From the NCBI GenBank assembly GCA_964373795.1, contig CAYJVY010000013.1, positions 1 through 29,860 of the forward strand: a stretch of 29,860 bases of DNA, written 5' to 3'. Source of the stretch: an uncultured archaeon (GTDB lineage Archaea; Iainarchaeota; Iainarchaeia; Iainarchaeales; DATDZZ01). This document shows positions 28,479 to 29,860 of this stretch, in pieces. Under the pieces are notes generated by a model. It saw nothing but the letters and a program-made list of their open reading frames with translations, was not told the DNA's origin and did no database searches. Position numbers and translations under genes: made by a program. Each line of letters opens with the position of its first letter. The stretch's first letter is position 1.

Positions 28479-29561
28479 TTACATTTCCCCTCTTTCTTGC
28501 ATTAATTTTTCAAAATATTCTTTGTCTTCTTTCAAGTGTTTAGGCATTTTTTCATAAATGAAGTCAAACATTTCACTTGGCTTTGGTTTTGGAACTGCCT
28601 CAAATTTTTTTACTGCTTCTTCTACTTTTGCAATGCATTCTTCAGCTATTTTTTCTGATTCTTGAGTTGACTGCATTCCAGTTTGATGCATGAATTTTTT
28701 TAATCTATCAATCGGGTCTTTTGCAATCCATGAATCTACTTCTTCTTTTGACCTGTATTTTTTCCAGTCATCAGCTGTTGTATGATCGCTTATTCTATAA
28801 GTTAAGCATTCAATTAAGCTTGGGCCTTTTCCTTGTCTTGCTCTATCCACTGCTTCTTTTGTTGCAGCATATACTGCAAATAAATCGTTTCCGTCTACTT
28901 GAATTCCTGGAAAACCATATGCAATTGCTTTTTGAGCAATTGTTTGAGCATGTGTTTGAATGCTTCTAGGAGTTGAAATAGCGTATTGATTGTTTTGACA
29001 AATATATACTATTGGAGCCTGCCATACTCCTCCAAAATTCATTGCAATTTGAGTTGCACCAGTTGAACTAGTTCCATCTCCAAAATAAGTCATTGCAACC
29101 CTGTTTTCCTTTCTATACTTTATTGCATAAGCATATCCTGTTGCATGTAAAGCCTGTGTTCCTAAAGGCACTGCTACAGTGAAATTATTCACTCCTTCTG
29201 CTGCTTGAGCTCTTTCATCTCCACTCCAAGCTTGAAAAATTCCGTCTAAAGGAGTTCCCCTCATAATCCAAACAGAATGCTCTCTGTAAGTTGGAAAAAT
29301 AAAATCATTTGCTTCTAATGCTCCACAAGTTCCAACAATTGAAGCCTCTTGTCCTCTTGGACTTCCATAAGTTCCTAGACGCCCAGTTCTTTGCAATTTT
29401 AAAGCCTTTTCATCAAATGCGCGAGTTAAAACCATCCAATAATAGAATTCTTTTACTTGCTTGCTTGAAAGCTTTGGCATTAATGTGTCTTCAACTTTTC
29501 CATTTTCATCCATTACTTGCAAGTATTCTACTTTGAATTCTGCAACAGTTTTTCTAACCAT
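28479..29561 (-). CDS. pdhA: 2-Oxoacid dehydrogenase E1 alpha subunit (TPP-binding)
   Basis: 'YFGDGTSSTGATQIAMNFGGVWQAPIVYICQNNQYAIS' is the GDG-x(24-27)-NN thiamine-diphosphate motif. The 360-aa size and position upstream of E1beta fit. Confidence 0.9.
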   Translation of the reverse strand: MVRKTVAEFKVEYLQVMDENGKVEDTLMPKLSSKQVKEFYYWMVLTRAFDEKALKLQRTGRLGTYGSPRGQEASIVGTCGALEANDFIFPTYREHSVWIMRGTPLDGIFQAWSGDERAQAAEGVNNFTVAVPLGTQALHATGYAYAIKYRKENRVAMTYFGDGTSSTGATQIAMNFGGVWQAPIVYICQNNQYAISTPRSIQTHAQTIAQKAIAYGFPGIQVDGNDLFAVYAATKEAVDRARQGKGPSLIECLTYRISDHTTADDWKKYRSKEEVDSWIAKDPIDRLKKFMHQTGMQSTQESEKIAEECIAKVEEAVKKFEAVPKPKPSEMFDFIYEKMPKHLKEDKEYFEKLMQERGEM

Positions 29562-29605
29562 TTAAAACCACTCCAGCGGTTTTAAAGTTTTAAAAAATTT
29601 AAATG

Positions 29606-29689
29606 TGAAATTCATTTAAAATTTCTCCAGGAATTTTAAAATTTGCAAATTTTTAGATTTGAAATTCATTTAAGTTTCCTCCGGAATTT
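29606..29689. repeat. Two ~31-nt direct repeats in the promoter region of the dehydrogenase operon
   Basis: TGAAATTCATTTAAAATTTCTCCAGGAATTT (29606..29636) and TGAAATTCATTTAAGTTTCCTCCGGAATTT (29660..29689), period 54 nt. The second overlaps the palindrome CCGGA-ATT-TCCGG (29681..29693). Confidence 0.6.
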
Positions 29690-29860
29690 CCGGCTTCATA
29701 AAAAGACTATGTTTTTTCTTTTCTTTTTAATTTTTCAAAAAACTATTAATTATTTAAGATTGGAAGAACATCAAGATTTTAAATAAATCTTTTTCATTGA
29801 ATTCGTTGATTACAGAAATAATTTTTTTGCTTGTCTTTAACATTTTCTTCAAAAGCTTTG

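Noticed and set aside
12936-29536. Further short ORFs: 12936..13121, 19313..19510, 19612..19845, 19790..19999, 21327..21566, 22520..22726, 24332..24526, 24499..24762, 25429..25728, 26126..26308, 27403..27609, 27690..27941, 28721..28969, 29309..29536.
   Set aside because: The reasoning is the same: they are antisense or overlapping shadows of strongly supported genes, or low-complexity hydrophobic translations with no start or RBS context.
29754-29860. Open minus-strand frame running off the right edge (...KLLKKMLKTSKKIISVINEFNEKDLFKILMFFQS*).
   Set aside because: Only about 35 codons are visible, no motif is recognisable, and the DNA is AT-rich. That is too little to call a gene.

Overview
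AT-rich window (about 30% G+C by eye) that looks archaeal. The evidence is a histone-fold gene, a geranylgeranyl reductase, a Fap7-type kinase, split LplB/LplA, and TATA-like boxes about 25-30 nt upstream of start codons. A small-genome DPANN-like host is only a guess. Layout: (i) 1-5.7 kb is an all-plus-strand, accessory-looking block. It holds two toxin-antitoxin pairs (UPF0175/PIN-like and RHH/MazF-PemK), three small paralogous basic proteins, a 13-nt iteron-like repeat array, a 430-nt non-coding stretch dense in repeats and palindromes, and orphan genes. (ii) 5.7-22.7 kb is mostly housekeeping: surface protein, Fap7-like kinase, histone, PEP-mobile-domain protein, IscA, FNR-like reductase, UppS, GGR, kinase-fold protein, Bcp, ThiI-like PP-loop protein, CsaA, LplB/LplA, GNMT-like methyltransferase, a double Lrp/AsnC regulator, two lipoproteins and a Cas4-like PD-(D/E)XK nuclease. 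(iii) 22.7-29.6 kb carries helical-repeat orphan paralogs and a complete minus-strand 2-oxoacid dehydrogenase operon (E1alpha-E1beta-E2-E3) interrupted by an AbrB/MazF-type TA pair. The most unusual signal is a family of short 64-70% G+C elements sitting exactly at cistron junctions (bcp/thiI-like, E1alpha/E1beta, E2/E3, and a degenerate copy at FNR-like/iscA). One of them is translated as a C-terminal tail on Bcp. Three to four genes also look split by frameshifts, which could be real decay or assembly error. I saw no rRNA, tRNA, CRISPR array, transposase or integrase. All protein calls come from motif recognition by eye; no searches or folding programs were run.
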